Below, piece by piece: positions 26,116-39,009 of a DNA stretch of 64,000 nucleotides. Numbering within the stretch: position 1 is the first letter of the stretch; each line of letters opens with the position of its first letter. The translations under genes were made by a program, and so were the position numbers. The DNA lies in contig OZ024741.1 in assembly GCA_964016885.1 (NCBI GenBank), positions 190,650,001-190,714,000 on the forward strand, given 5' to 3'. Origin of the DNA: Eledone cirrhosa. Taxonomy: Eukaryota. The notes under the pieces are model-generated. The model was not told the origin of the DNA and made no database searches. It saw only the letters and a program-made list of their open reading frames with translations.

Positions 26116-27520
26116 TAACAATTATAATAATAACAATAACAAATGCTCAGTTGACCTTGACATTATTTGATTTAAGATTGTATAGAGATAGAAATCCTAC
26201 TTTGTCAATATACAATGTACCATTCAATTAGTGTTCCCTAGCTTTTGTCTTTCTTAGATTAAACCATTATTTTCCAAAGTGGTTAGTGATTGTGAAATAG
26301 TATTGTTAGGATACCATAATAATTGCCCACTCCCTTCCACATACATTCCAGTAATATTATCTCAATGGTACTAGTCACATAATGTTACTATGACTAAAAT
26401 TTCTATTGTAACATTTGTATTGTGTAGGAAAAAAATGCTTTGTAGTATCTGTTACAATTCACTGTACTCTGAGTTCAAATCCTGTTAAAATCACCTTTAC
26501 CATACATCCTTTCAGGATTGATTTAATAAAGTACCAGTTCAGAATGGTGGGTTTGGTGGAATTCTTAAACACCACCACCTGATCTTTAGGGGGTCTTTAG
26601 CAGAGTCCATTGTGTTGCAAGCTTTTGAGACAGTTTGAGGGCAATTTTTTCACTTCCTCAAATCTGAAAAAAAGGGGAGAGGGCATAAGTGTGGCCTTTC
26701 CCTCACTGAATGAAATGGTAATCCCCCCAACAAAAAAATCATAAAGAGTTGTAAAGATCTAATGTTAAATCTATATTGATATATCAATGGCTGTGTTTGA
26801 TGTATAACAATTCTGTTTCATATATTTAAGGTAATGAATGTTTTGTCAAAGTAATACCATGATTAGCCCTTCTAATACCAAGTCACCTGATACCAAACCT
26901 ATCGTCCTATCATACAAGAACATTTTATATGTCTAAGTGTTTATCTAAAATCTTTCCACCATAATTTCATGCAAGAACCTTTGTTAAGTTATATTCTAAA
27001 TACCAATTTATGAGAAAGTTAGTTATATTACTAAATCCTTTTAAATTCTAAATGATTTGAAAATCCCAGGCAGAAATATGATAATGAAAGAGTTAACATT
27101 GATTTTGCTGACTGTATTCTGGCTCCGAATAATCGGAACCAATCAAGGAACCTCTTTATGTTTGCTAGACATGGTTGATAAAGCAGTCAGATCTTTCTCA
27201 ATTCACAACCTACCACCTTAAAATAGGAAAGGATACACTAGATGATGTAGTCCTGCATAGATGGCTGTGATTATAGGTTTGTACTACCAGAGCTGATCAG
27301 GGGTTGAGCAACAACAACAACAACCACAACAACAATTACTGTATGTAATTCAAGGAAAAACATGCATATGTCTATTTTTCTATGTGTGTGTGATATTTAT
27401 AGTGGTCTAACCTTTTTTTTATAGTTGTATATTTCTTTTTATAGTGGTCTAACCCTTTTGATAAAAACTGCCTGAGACTGTCCCTCTTTCAATGATACAA
27501 AACTGTTTATCTTAGAGTGT

Positions 27521-27584
<64 letters not shown>

Positions 27585-28532
27585 TTATTTATCTATCTAT
27601 ATACTACTAAAACTCTGTGATTGCTTGCTTGCTTGCTTGCTTGCTTGTCTGTTATTTAATACAACCAAAAGGGTACATAATGGGAAAATACTTTGAAAGG
27701 AGATTACCTCTGAAATGGGAATACAAATGGAATAAAACAAGTTTCGCGTAATTTGGAACACGGGTTCCCAAGATATGGGGTGTTCTGGGTTCCATCATAA
27801 ATAGAGAGAGAGAAGGATAGAGAGAAAGAGATAGTGGTTGTGAGAGAGTAGATTGAGAGAGAAACATAGAGAGGGAGAGAGAAGGAGACAGAGAAGGAAA
27901 ATGAAAGAGAGAGAGAGAGCTGGTGTTGTTGTTATGTGAGTGTGTGTATATATATATACACACACATACACACATATATATATATGTATACACACACACA
28001 TTTATATATATACATACAGACATGTATATATATGGGCCTTCCAGTTTCATTTTACATTATATACATGTCTGTGTATATTTTAATTATTTAAAAATTATTT
28101 TTAAGTGAACATGTTTTTTAAAAAATATTTTGAAGTGAACGTGACCCAACGGGTCACGAGTGGTCTAGTATACTACTAATACTCTGTGATTGTTTGCGTA
28201 CTTGTCTGTAATTTAATACAGCCAAAAGGGCGCATAATGGGAATACAAATGGAATGAAACAAGTTTTGCGTAATTCGGAGCACGGGTTCCTGAGATACGG
28301 GGTTTTTCCGGGTACCTTCATAAATAGAGAGAGAGAGGATAGAAAGAAAGAGATAGTGGTTGTGAGAGAGTAGATTGAAAGAGAGGCATAGAGAGAGAGA
28401 GAGAGAGAGAGAGAGAAGGAAAATGGAAGAGAGAGAGAACTGGTGGTGTTGTTGAATGAAATTATAACCGATGACTTCAAAGAAACGAATACAGCATTAC
28501 TGTATTCTACTAAATAGAAAGGGTTTCTAAGT

Positions 28533-28619
<87 letters not shown>

Positions 28620-28689
28620 TGTGACCGGTGTATATAGGTCACAGACACCTGCATATATATATATATATATATATATAATAATAGTAAAT

Positions 28690-30120
28690 AATAATAAAAT
28701 TGAAGACTAAAATCCAAAGAGGACTCGATAAGGAAAATATATATCAAATATATAAGAACCGTAGAGCAAATATTTATTAAAATAACAGATTAAAGTTTAA
28801 GCAAAGAATCGCTGCTTTCACCCTTAACGGGATCTTCTGAAACTAACAAAGTCAATCTGTAAACGCAGAACTGGATATTTCAAAAAACGTTGCAACCGGA
28901 GGAAGACAGGAAGATGATACTTTGGTTCGTGGTAACGTTCTCTGGCAAAGAACGGGAAAAAACGAATAATACGTCATTAATAGGAGCGGTGAAAACAATT
29001 ACGCGCAAAGACAGAACCACGTTTATGGTATAAAAGAGGTCGTAGACTAATGTTCTCTTAGGTGGTGCATAGAGACGTTCTCTGGCAAAGAACGAAAAAA
29101 CGAAGATAATAAGTCATATGTGGAGCGTGGAGAACAATAGCACGCAAAGACAAAATCACGTAAATGGTAAGCAGAAGTCGTAGACTAAAATTCTAACTAG
29201 GAGACCAAATGAATCTCCGCTACAGAGTTAAGAACAAAGTAAATAAATACAATAAAAAAGTAATAGAAACAAATAAATACATACACGCAAACAGATATGT
29301 ACATACACAAGCATACGCAAAAGCTTACCATAGGTATACAAAACCACGCACATATAAATATGTGTGTGTGTGTATGCTTGTGTACAAATAAATAAATAAT
29401 TATATAAACGTATATAAGTAAATAAATACGTATATAACAAGCGCACACGCATACCTACATATAAATACACTAATGTTCGGAGACGTAAGTCGACTAAAAC
29501 AAGAAGTACACATATACACACACCCACCATACGTACGAACCTGCATACTCACGCAGACGCAAAACTCCCGTATACACATAGCCAAACCCTAAATACCAGA
29601 ATATGTAAAAATTATACGCCATAACAGTCAAATATACGTACGAGAAGAGAAGGTATACATACCTTCACAAAATGTACGGGAGATTCATTTGGTCTCCTAG
29701 TTAGAATTTTAGTCTACGACTTCTGCTTACCATTTACGTGATTTTGTCTTTGCGTGCTATTGTTCTCCACGCTCCACATATGACTTATTATCTTTGTTTT
29801 TTCGTTCATTGCCAGAGAACGTCTCTATGCACCACCTAAGAGAACATTAGTCTACGACCTCTTTTATACCATAAACGTGGTTCTGTCTTTGCGCGTAATT
29901 GTTTTTCACCGCTCCTATTAATGACGTATTATTCGTTTTTTCCCGTTCTTTGCCAGCGAACGTTACCACGAACCAAAGTATCGTCTTCCTGTCTTCCTCC
30001 GGTTGCAACGTTTTTTGAAATATCCAGTTCTGCGCTTACAGATTGACTTTGTTAGTTTCAGAAGATCCCGTTAAGAGTGAAAGCAGCGATTCTTTGCTTA
30101 AACTTTAATCTGTTATTTTA

Positions 30121-30127
<7 letters not shown>
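28690..30127. repeat. Long inverted repeat, arms ~28769-29218 and ~29677-30127, in (TA)n (family B element)
   Basis: ~450-bp arms are near-identical reverse complements. Confidence 0.95.
28794..28844 (-). ncRNA. Hammerhead-like fold with non-canonical core (mirror copy 30054-30104 +)
   Basis: AGUUU CAGAAGA U-CCC-guuaa-GGG-U GAAA GCA...UGC UU AAACU. Confidence 0.5.
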
Positions 30128-30163
<36 letters not shown>

Positions 30164-31726
30164 TTTATATGGGCCTTCCAATTTCATTTTACATTATATA
30201 CATGTCTGTGTATATTTTAATTATTTAAAAATTATTTTTAAGTGAACATGACCTGTTGGGTCATGAGTGGTCTAGTATATCACTAAAAGTCTTCCATTAC
30301 AATTTTATGTAAAGATCTTTGCTATGGTATGTTTGAAACAGAAACTTAATAATGAGAAAGTTAATTATTTTACTAAAGCCTTCCAAATTCTTGATTATTT
30401 TCAAAATGATTTGAAAACTATTAGCAGTCTTTTATTAGAAATATGGTAATGAAAGAGTTAATTAAAAGAAGGGCATTAACCATGATATTTGCCAGACTTC
30501 TTATACTAGTGGTAGGGGAAAAGAAGGACAATAATTAAATATGTTGTTGCTGTTAACCACTACTGAGATCCCTACAAGTCTGGCTGGAAGTCAATGGCCA
30601 CAAGTGGACCTACCCAGGATTGTTTGGGGTAGGTGGGGTGGGGGCTTCAGAATATTCTGGGTGGGTCCTTTTATTCGCAATAATTCTAAGACAGAATTTT
30701 GGAATAAGCATGTCATCATAAATTTAATAAGGCAATGCCATCCAGTGCCCCCCCCCACCCCTATCTTGTCTTCTTATATGTTACATGCAGAAGTGGTCCC
30801 CTGTCATATTTGGCAGCAACCTTTGATTTTCAGAACCACTTTCACCTGTACTCTCTATGAAACAGTGGCAGTATGTAAAGAGAAAGTGCAGTAGTAGGAA
30901 GCAGTGAATCAAGATATTGAATTATCTTTGAACCGGAGACCTGGTCTGGATGTTTGTGACTCCACCATTAAAGATATCCCAAAGCCAGGTGGTATTTTTA
31001 CTAGTAGACAGATCGTTGTGAAAATTTGAAGTAAACTAAAGTAAAGACTTCAATTTTTAATGTGATGCAGTCAAAGTGCTTTTTTATATTTTCTGCGAAT
31101 GTCTTGCTGAGGTGATTTCATCTGGTACAGCACATTAAGAATTAAGTCTGCTACACTACTTAGAGCCATTTATATGTATCTAAATATTCACAAAGATATC
31201 TATTGATTATGGGATACTACTCTTTCATTGGTAATTTGCTTGAAATATTTTTATATCTATTATTCTAGGCTAGTATAAGTTCAATAGGTTAAAAAATATT
31301 TGATTACTCAAATAACACACCATTTAACAGTATAATTTCCTTCAAATGGATCATCTTCATCATCATCCCCATTTAATGTCTATTTTGCCATGCTTGCTTG
31401 GGTTAGACGGGTCGTCCACATTATGAGACAAGTCTGGCCAGTTGGGCACACCATAACTTGCTCAAATGGAAACTATATTTTGGCTGGGATTTTTACATTT
31501 GGATGCCCTTCCTAACATCAACCACATTTGCCATTTGGAACTGGGTGGTCCTGTTATGAGACAAGTCTAGCCATATGGCCGTGCTGTACCTTATAAAATT
31601 AGTTTCATACATATTCTAACAATTTTAAAAGGGAGCCTTTTCATGGTCCTTCATATTGCTCAAAATAGCAGCCAAATCTTTACCAAATTACACCACATTG
31701 TCTTAAAAAAATTAAAGACATTACAT

Positions 31727-31914
31727 AATTGTTTCTACTTTTGGCACAAGGCCAGCAATTACCCAGTACATTACTGGTACTTTATTTTATCGACCCCGTA
31801 AGGATGAAAGGCAAAGTTAACCTCGGCGGGATTTGAACTCAGACCGTAAAGGGACGTAACTATGCTGGAAAGCATGGCATCCGACTCTCTACTGATACTG
31901 CCAATCCACCGCCC
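31727..31914 (-). mobile_element. Young SINE copy with apparent TSD (ttaaagacattacataat)
   Basis: Consensus match; ttaaagacattacataat occurs on both flanks (31712-31729, 31917-31934). Confidence 0.9.
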
Positions 31915-32128
31915 TATTAAAGACATTACATAATGTAGTGTAGGAAGCACTAAGTCTGAATACAAGATAGAATGGTCATGGTTGGGATGACTTTAATCAT
32001 AGGTCTAGTGGATAAGAGGTGATTAAGGGCTAAACAGCAACAAAAAACAAAATATCTTAATTTAAGAAATACATTTAACTTTACATTTTATGTAAGATTG
32101 AAATGACTCCTTTTTAATTTAAAATTAG

Positions 32129-32296
32129 ATTTATCTGACTGTGAAGGGAACAAGAGCAACAATCCCCAAGACTCGTCTCATCAAAAACGAATTTGCGAAA
32201 GGAAACCCCAAAGCATTTCCATTTGCTTCTGGGACCACAGAAACACTGAAGATTCATCACCCAGACATTGGTGATATTAAATCAATCATAATAGAA
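32129..32296 (+). CDS. Host gene coding exon D, PLAT/LH2 middle (IYLTVKGTRA...HPDIGDIKSIIIE)
   Basis: ttag acceptor, gaa|gtaagt donor, 168 nt phase 0-0; IYLTVKG and DIGDIKSIIIE fit the PLAT consensus and continue exon C. Confidence 0.9.
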
Positions 32297-34262
32297 GTAA
32301 GTAAAAATGTCTTTTTATTTATTGATTGATTCTTACTGCATTTCCTCATCATTTAACATCTATTTTTCCATGCTGGCTTGGGTTACACAGGTTCTTACAG
32401 TTCAAATCAATATCTATTTGGACTAATTGTCCTCTTAGACAGGATGGGGAGGGGGGGGGGGGCATCTTGCTTGCATGTTCTACTTTTGATATTGTTTATA
32501 CAACTTTATACCCTTGTTGACACTAACCACTTTACAGAGTATACTGGGTGCATTTTATTGTGGCATTAACACTAGAGTAGTTGACAAGACTAAAGTATCC
32601 CCTGGTTCTATGATACAAAAAACTTTTTTTAAAGTATTTTTATTTATATTAAAACCTTCCATTGAAGGTTAGGGTCTGTTTGTTATCAAAGGGATTAAAC
32701 TGACAATTTAATCTCAACATGGCAGCACAACCTGGTAGAGATAACAGCCAAATCACAACCTAATATCTGGTCATAGCCAGAACATTTTTGATCATAGGTC
32801 AGCTGGATTAGATGGGCCCATTGCCAAGTCAGGGTAGGGGGTACTGAACGCCCCCTCGCCCCACTCCCCCTACTTTTCAATGATACACTCATAGATTTAG
32901 ACAATTTTCAGAGATATATTTATTCTGAAATTTTGTCATAGAATTATTGTGAATTAGATTGCCCATCCAGGGTGTTTTGAAATAGATTCCTTGATTTAAC
33001 TTTTTTTTCAAAACGAGAAAGAACAAAAATAAAAAAAACCCCCAAAACCAAATCAAAATAAAAAAGTTAACCCAAAAAGATAGTAAAAAAGACCCCAGGC
33101 AATAGGCCTCTTCTCACATGTTCACATGTTCATATCTATGCAGTCATTTCCTATAGTTTTTCCCTTCCTGACAACATTTTTAACAAAGTTAGATTTTTTT
33201 AGCCCCAGGTTGACTCTGACCCAGCAGGCCTATGATCAAAGGTATTCCAACAGCGATTATCCCATTTTTTATTCAAAGATGATGAATTCTTTGTTGATTT
33301 CTGTGATGAGCATTCAGTTGCTTAATTAACTGAATATCTGTTTTATTAAATTAACGTATAAGTGTCTGAGTATTCCACTGGTATGTATATATACCTATAA
33401 CATAATTCCTAAACTGAATCATTGCAACACAGTATCTATCTAGGCTGGAGATTTGAATTACTGGTACAATCCATCTGGTGGGCTTCCCTACTTATTTCCA
33501 TCAACCTAATTTCCTTCACAAGGGTGGGGAGGCACTGGATGGTATTACCCCCTTCCTACTTTTCAATGTTACACTCTCAAGTTTATAATATAGAGTTTAT
33601 AAAAAATGTCCTGAAATACATTCCTTATGAAAGAGTGGCCACCTAGAATTTTCTGAAGTTCAGCCCTCAAGCACCAAAGCCTGGCAATAGGCCTGTTTAC
33701 AAGGCTTGATTGATTTGAGACTATGTTAAAGACATTTGCCTAATATGATATGCAGTAGAATCAAACCAGAGTCAACATGATTGTGAAGCAAACTACTTAA
33801 CCACTTAGCTACACATGTATCCACTGCATTTAAGTATTGTGTAACTAGGACTACCTATATTATATAATGAGTTTTTTCATTTTTAAGAGAGTAGGGTGTG
33901 ATTTGGAATAGATTTTGCTATTATTTCTAGCAGGCTGAAGTTTTCTATCATGGCTCTAACCATTGGCATTAACTTGATATTTGGTGACATTCACTCAGAC
34001 ATTCTGACATATTTTTTGAAGTGCCACTCTTTCCAAATTTCTTAAGAGATTTCACTTGTGCATATAACAGAAAGCTGAAGATTGTAAAGTTGGAGATAAC
34101 CTTCTGGTTGAACTGAGCTTGGTATTAGGTTTCTACTCCCTGATGGTCATGTTTCCACTTTATTCGTGCCATTTACAACACTAGCAATGGCTACACCTAT
34201 TCCCAGTGCCATGTAGAATCTTAAGATATCATGCTTTTCTGGAGAAGACAATAGGAAACCAC

Positions 34263-34302
<40 letters not shown>

Positions 34303-34456
34303 GTGTCTTTACTGGTGATTCTATGAAATACACCGTGGCATATAGTTGGTGCCCATTTGTGATAGAAATATATATATATATGTCACATACATAGTCCTAA
34401 TATCAAGAGACATTTGTTCATGTAACGGTTCAATTACACAATGTGTTTTTGTACAG

Positions 34457-34558
34457 CATGCTGGACTGGAATTTCATGATAAATATGGTCTCTTGGAATT
34501 GAAGAATAACACGCCTGACGAATTTGTGGATTCTTCAAATATTGGTCTTTTTCAATAA
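34457..34558 (+). CDS. Candidate host gene exon E (HAGLEFHDK...GLFQ*)
   Basis: tttttgtacag acceptor; E|H junction fits PLAT IEHD, but the expected W(Y/F)L is absent and a TAA follows. Confidence 0.4.
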   Translation, partial: HAGLEFHDKYGLLELKNNTPDEFVDSSNIGLFQ

Positions 34559-34914
34559 TTTCTTCTTCCACAAATAAAACCATGGTAGGGAGATTGATAT
34601 ATAAGTGAGATTTACTAAATTTTTTGGGGGGTCTGACTACTTATAGAATAGAGTTTTTCACTTAAATTTAATATGTAATACATGCACACACACACACACA
34701 CACATACACACACCATCATCATCATCATCATCATCATCATCGTTTAACATCTATTTTCCATGCTAGCATGGGTCTATATATACATATATAGTAATAATAA
34801 ATGTGAAGGATTATATATATAAATGTGAAGGATTATACATATATATATGTAAATATATATAAATATAAAAACCCATCGGAGCATGCAAGTCTTCAGCACA
34901 CAACGCCCAGGTCT

Positions 34915-35780
34915 AACTACCATGTAATACTGCCATTCGTATACAAGCATCATACAATCTGCCTTCCACTTTTAGAGAGAAACCCTTTGTGGCCAACAGC
35001 GGTATTAGCTCTCTGAACTTTTTCCATCCTGTTCTAACTCTGGATACCGTACTTTCAGAGCACCCTCCTCCACTGTTGATTTTGTCACCCAGGTAATGGA
35101 AAGTGTCCACTATTTCTATAGAACGATCTGGGCAGTTGAAGGAGATAGTGTCCTGTGGGCCGTTGCTACTTACTGTACCTGAGACATATAGAATGTACAT
35201 TCTTAGATAGCTTACCTGTGATCCCACTACATCATTTATGTACCCATAGTTTGCATTTGAAGCATGGAATGGAGTTCTAACTACTCCTTTCTTACTCACT
35301 GACCAAGGCCATTTCCCAGAGGGCACCTGTGCCCTATTCTCCTTTCTACATACTAGAACTTTAGACTTAGATAAGTTAACTTTAAGGCCTTTTGATTCTA
35401 GGCCATGCTTCCATGTTTGGAACTTCTTCAGCCATGGATTCAGCCATGAGAGTTAGATCATCTGCATATAGAAGTTCCCATGGGCAGCTGGTCTTAAACC
35501 CTTCTGTTATAGCTTGTAGGACAATATTAAACAGGAGGAGGGCTAAATTCTTCACTATATTCATTGTTAATTTTAACCTTGCTGACTGTTCCTCTATACA
35601 TGGCTTGTATAGCTCTCAGAAGCCATTCATCTACCTAGTTTTCTAAGAGCCCACCATATTAAGGTGCATGAGACTCTGTCAAAGGATTTCTCTAAGTTAA
35701 CAAAAGCTAAGTAGAGGGCTTTACTGTTAGCTAGGTACTTCTCCTGTAGTTGCCGTACAAGAAAAAGAGCATCTGTCATG
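34915..35780 (-). mobile_element. RTE LINE RT fragment, degraded
   Basis: LVRQLQEKYL, PWELLYADDL, FHYLGD. Confidence 0.85.
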
Positions 35781-35783
35781 CTT

Positions 35784-35816
<33 letters not shown>

Positions 35817-35859
35817 TACATATAAATTATATAATATATATATATACACATACACACAT

Positions 35860-35910
<51 letters not shown>

Positions 35911-35916
<6 letters not shown>

Positions 35917-36240
35917 GAATATGAAAGAGAGATAAACACAGATATAAACATACATGTGGTCAAATTGTAAGGGACCAATTCAGGCAGTTGCCCAATATAG
36001 GTTTGCTTTTCTTTTTCTTGATTTATTACTTTAAATTGAGTCTAGAAAACCCTATTGTTATAGTTAGTATTTTTTTCACCCTAGCGAACTTGGTCCCTTA
36101 CAATTTGAACACATGTATGTTTATATCTGTGTTTATCTCTCTTTTATATTCAATTATATTACACGGCTCAGAAAAACCCCTTTCTTTGAGCTATTTAATT
36201 GTAGGAGACTATTTTGAGTTTCTAACTCAATATATACCTT
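35911..36240. repeat. Inverted repeat (35911-35980 / 36087-36157) in (TA)n; homologous to the 56450-57135 element
   Basis: Arms are reverse-complementary; shared cacggctcagaaa...tttctttgagctattt terminus. Confidence 0.8.
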
Positions 36241-36269
36241 TGATATATATATATATATATATATATATA

Positions 36270-37159
36270 CAGGGTGTGGACGATATCTGTTTGCAAGATT
36301 ACTGTCTAGGAAAAAATAACACAGTAGTTTTATTTTTTAAGATTTATTTATCAAACTTGGGTCAGTTTGTCTTCATGACTTGTTCTTTCGATCTCACTCG
36401 TTAAACCCGCCATTGGCTATGATGACGGCCTCAAGGCGGCCTCGGAACCGGCTACAGGCCTTCGTCACTGTCCCCCGACTTAGGCCCCTAAAGGCACTTG
36501 TGATCCTGGCTTTCAGATCGTCTTTCGTATTGCAGCTAGATCTGTTGGTGTCTCATTCCACTGCGCCCCACACAAAGAAGTCGAGGGGGTTGCAGTCAGG
36601 CGAACTGGAAGGCCAGATGTCAGGTGAAGTGTGGTCGACAAAGTTCTCTGACAGCCAGGCTTGGGTCTTTCAGCTGGTATGGTAGGGTGCTGAGTCTTTC
36701 TGCCACACGAACGGCCTACCTGCAGCTACCTGGTCGATCCAGGGCTTTACTACCTCGCTCAGAACGCGGATGTAGCCATCGGTGTTCAGCTTGAGGCCCT
36801 CAGGGAAGAAGTGAGGGGGCATGACGTCACCTTGACTGCTGACGACAACTAAGACCAATGTTGTCACTGGAAACTTTGTCTGCATGACTCTGGGCACGTC
36901 TTTGGATGAGACAGCGAGCCACCTGTTGTTCTGGGAGTTGATCTTCTGGTCCTTATTTGTCCTCCCGGTGCGGATTCTAAGAAGAACTCCGTGTCTCTTC
37001 CACAAATTTGGAGGTTCAAAATTATTCATAATCAATTATTCGGAAAATAAATAATGGAAATATAGTCACTGTTTTTATGAAGACAAGAGTGACAACGGAA
37101 GTAAAAATAATTTGCATAAAATTAGCAGTTGAAAATTGAGAACAGATGTCGTCTGCACC

Positions 37160-37162
<3 letters not shown>
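36270..37162 (-). mobile_element. Internally deleted DD37D (maT-type) Tc1/mariner with TIRs, inserted in TA
   Basis: TIRs cagggtgtggacgatatctgtt / aacagatgtcgtctgcaccctg; QKD-(37 residues)-D ending SPDCNPLD, with one in-frame stop. Confidence 0.92.
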
Positions 37163-37212
<50 letters not shown>

Positions 37213-37218
37213 TCAATA

Positions 37219-37487
37219 ATATAAATAAATGGAAACTATATTTATAAAACCATATTTATTTTATTATAAATATTTCAAGGGTACCAAAACTTTGGTACAC
37301 TCTCATCAGATAAAATACAAACTTTGTTTTATAAATAGTGACATACCCCAGAAACCAGACCTTATCACTATTTATAAAACAAATTTTGTATTTTATCTGA
37401 TGAGAGTGTACCAAAGTTTTGGTACCCTTGAAATATATATAATAAAATAAATATGGTTTTATAAATATAATTTCCATTTATTTATAT
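37219..37487. repeat. Near-perfect palindrome, ~122-bp arms, ~24-nt spacer
   Basis: Direct reverse-complement match. Confidence 0.95.
37389..37449 (+). ncRNA. Minimal type I hammerhead ribozyme (mirror copy 37257-37317 -)
   Basis: UAUUUUAU CUGAUGA GAGUGUACC..GGUACCCUU GAAA U-auau-A UA AUAAAAUA; 8-bp stem I, palindromic loop 3. Confidence 0.85.
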
Positions 37488-37950
37488 AGAATAATAAAAT
37501 GTGAAATAGTTTCAGATGTTACAATCCTTTATTAATAAGGCCGTGCTACATATTTCAATGATGACAACGGCACGCGATTTTGCATACCCAGTGCCATGAT
37601 CTTTTCAGACAGCATCTTACATAAAAAGGTTACATTCCTGAGGCAATCCAACTTGAAGCAACAAGAGAAAGGACAAAGGCGATGCTCTTGAAGCCTTCGC
37701 CCGTTCCCTTGTGAGCCCCAATTCACCTCCACATCCTTGTGCAGGCGCACATGTAAAGGAAGTTAACCAGCCAACAACCTAACTCAAAACACAACAAAAC
37801 TAGCCTAGGCAGGTTCCCTCCACCAAACCAATCAATCACCACCATCCAGGCTGGTTAAGGTGACACGATCACAGGGTTCGTGCCAGCCTCTAATTTGTAG
37901 TTTACTGCGAGTCACACTTCTAAAGACAGCCGACCAAAACTCTGTGGTAA
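37488..37950 (-). mobile_element. Pseudo-LTR-like element related to 39010-39424, with decayed hammerhead at 37540-37613
   Basis: Alignable to 39085-39220; core reads CUGAAAA and the site reads AGC. Confidence 0.6.
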
Positions 37951-38499
37951 TGGCAGATTTTAAGTTTCAATAGGTTTCAATACTACCCTTAAATTATACT
38001 TCGACAATAGAATTGGCCATCACCCGCGAAGATGATATAAACTTAATTCTAGGGTCTAGATATTTTGGTTTCAGACTGGAAATTAAAATTGGTAATAAGA
38101 ATGAAAATTAGAAATTAGGAGTTAAAATCTCGATTGAAGTAAATAGAAAAAATATAATAAACAGTAAGATCTGCAAATTATAATTAGAAATTATGAAAGG
38201 GGATCAATATTGGATATTACAGATACGTTATCCATATATTGAACGATAGTACCGTACAGAAGAATGGAAGATAAATTTAAAGTATAAAACTTATTAATTA
38301 GACAAACAATCAGTTAATATCTTCTTCTATCACATGAATCAAAAACAAAACATACCTAGATGCAAGTGAGAGAGGAAAAATATATATGAGAAGTAAAAAA
38401 AAAAAAGTATATATATATATATATGAGAAAGAAAAAACAAGGTATATGCATATGTACACCTGTATATCGGGATGGAAATGAGGGTAGAAGTGGTGAAAA

Positions 38500-38687
38500 T
38501 AATTGTTTCTACTTTTGGCACAAGGCCAGCAATTACCCAGTTTATTACTGGTACTTTATTTGATCAACCCCATAAGGATGAAAGGCAAAGTTAACCTCGG
38601 CGGGATTTGAACTCAGAATGGCAAGGGCCGTAACTCTATGCGTCATAGCATGGCGTCTGACCCTCTACTGCTACTGCCAATTCACCG
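38500..38687 (-). mobile_element. SINE copy
   Basis: Consensus match. Confidence 0.88.
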
Positions 38688-39009
38688 AAGTAGTGAAAAT
38701 AATGATTTTAATGACATTCACAATGCAGTGGGTATATTAGTGCATATAACATTCCTTGTCTGTCCGTTATTGGATGAAGTGAGGGAGGGGTTTGGTTCTA
38801 GGCCTATGGGCGAAATGCAGGCTGCAGCAGGAAAACAAGGGGTTTTACGTTGCTTATTGGTCCGCTTATTTATCCGGTTGAAAGTTTGTTCAAAATTTTA
38901 AGTCCGTTTATGGTAGATGGAATTTCCGGGTGTAGTTGATAGCTGGTGCTGCTACTTCTTCATATATATTGGTTATATCAGAAATTGCTCAACATTTAGG
39001 AGCTAAATT

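Larger units (their letters stand above)
27601..30275 (+). mobile_element. Two head-to-tail copies of a non-autonomous Helitron-like element (27601-28168; 28169-30275, the second interrupted)
   Basis: Same start (tactactaa...ctctgtgattg) and same end (gtgaccc-aac-gggtcac-type hairpin then gagtggtCTAG). Confidence 0.75.

Noticed and set aside
34430-34583. Minus-strand ~49-aa open frame overlapping candidate exon E
   Set aside because: No recognisable motif or partner exons; cannot be supported
36270-37162. Terminal inverted repeats in (TA)n as another PLE fold-back
   Set aside because: Short TIRs around a DD37D transposase identify an ordinary Tc1/mariner
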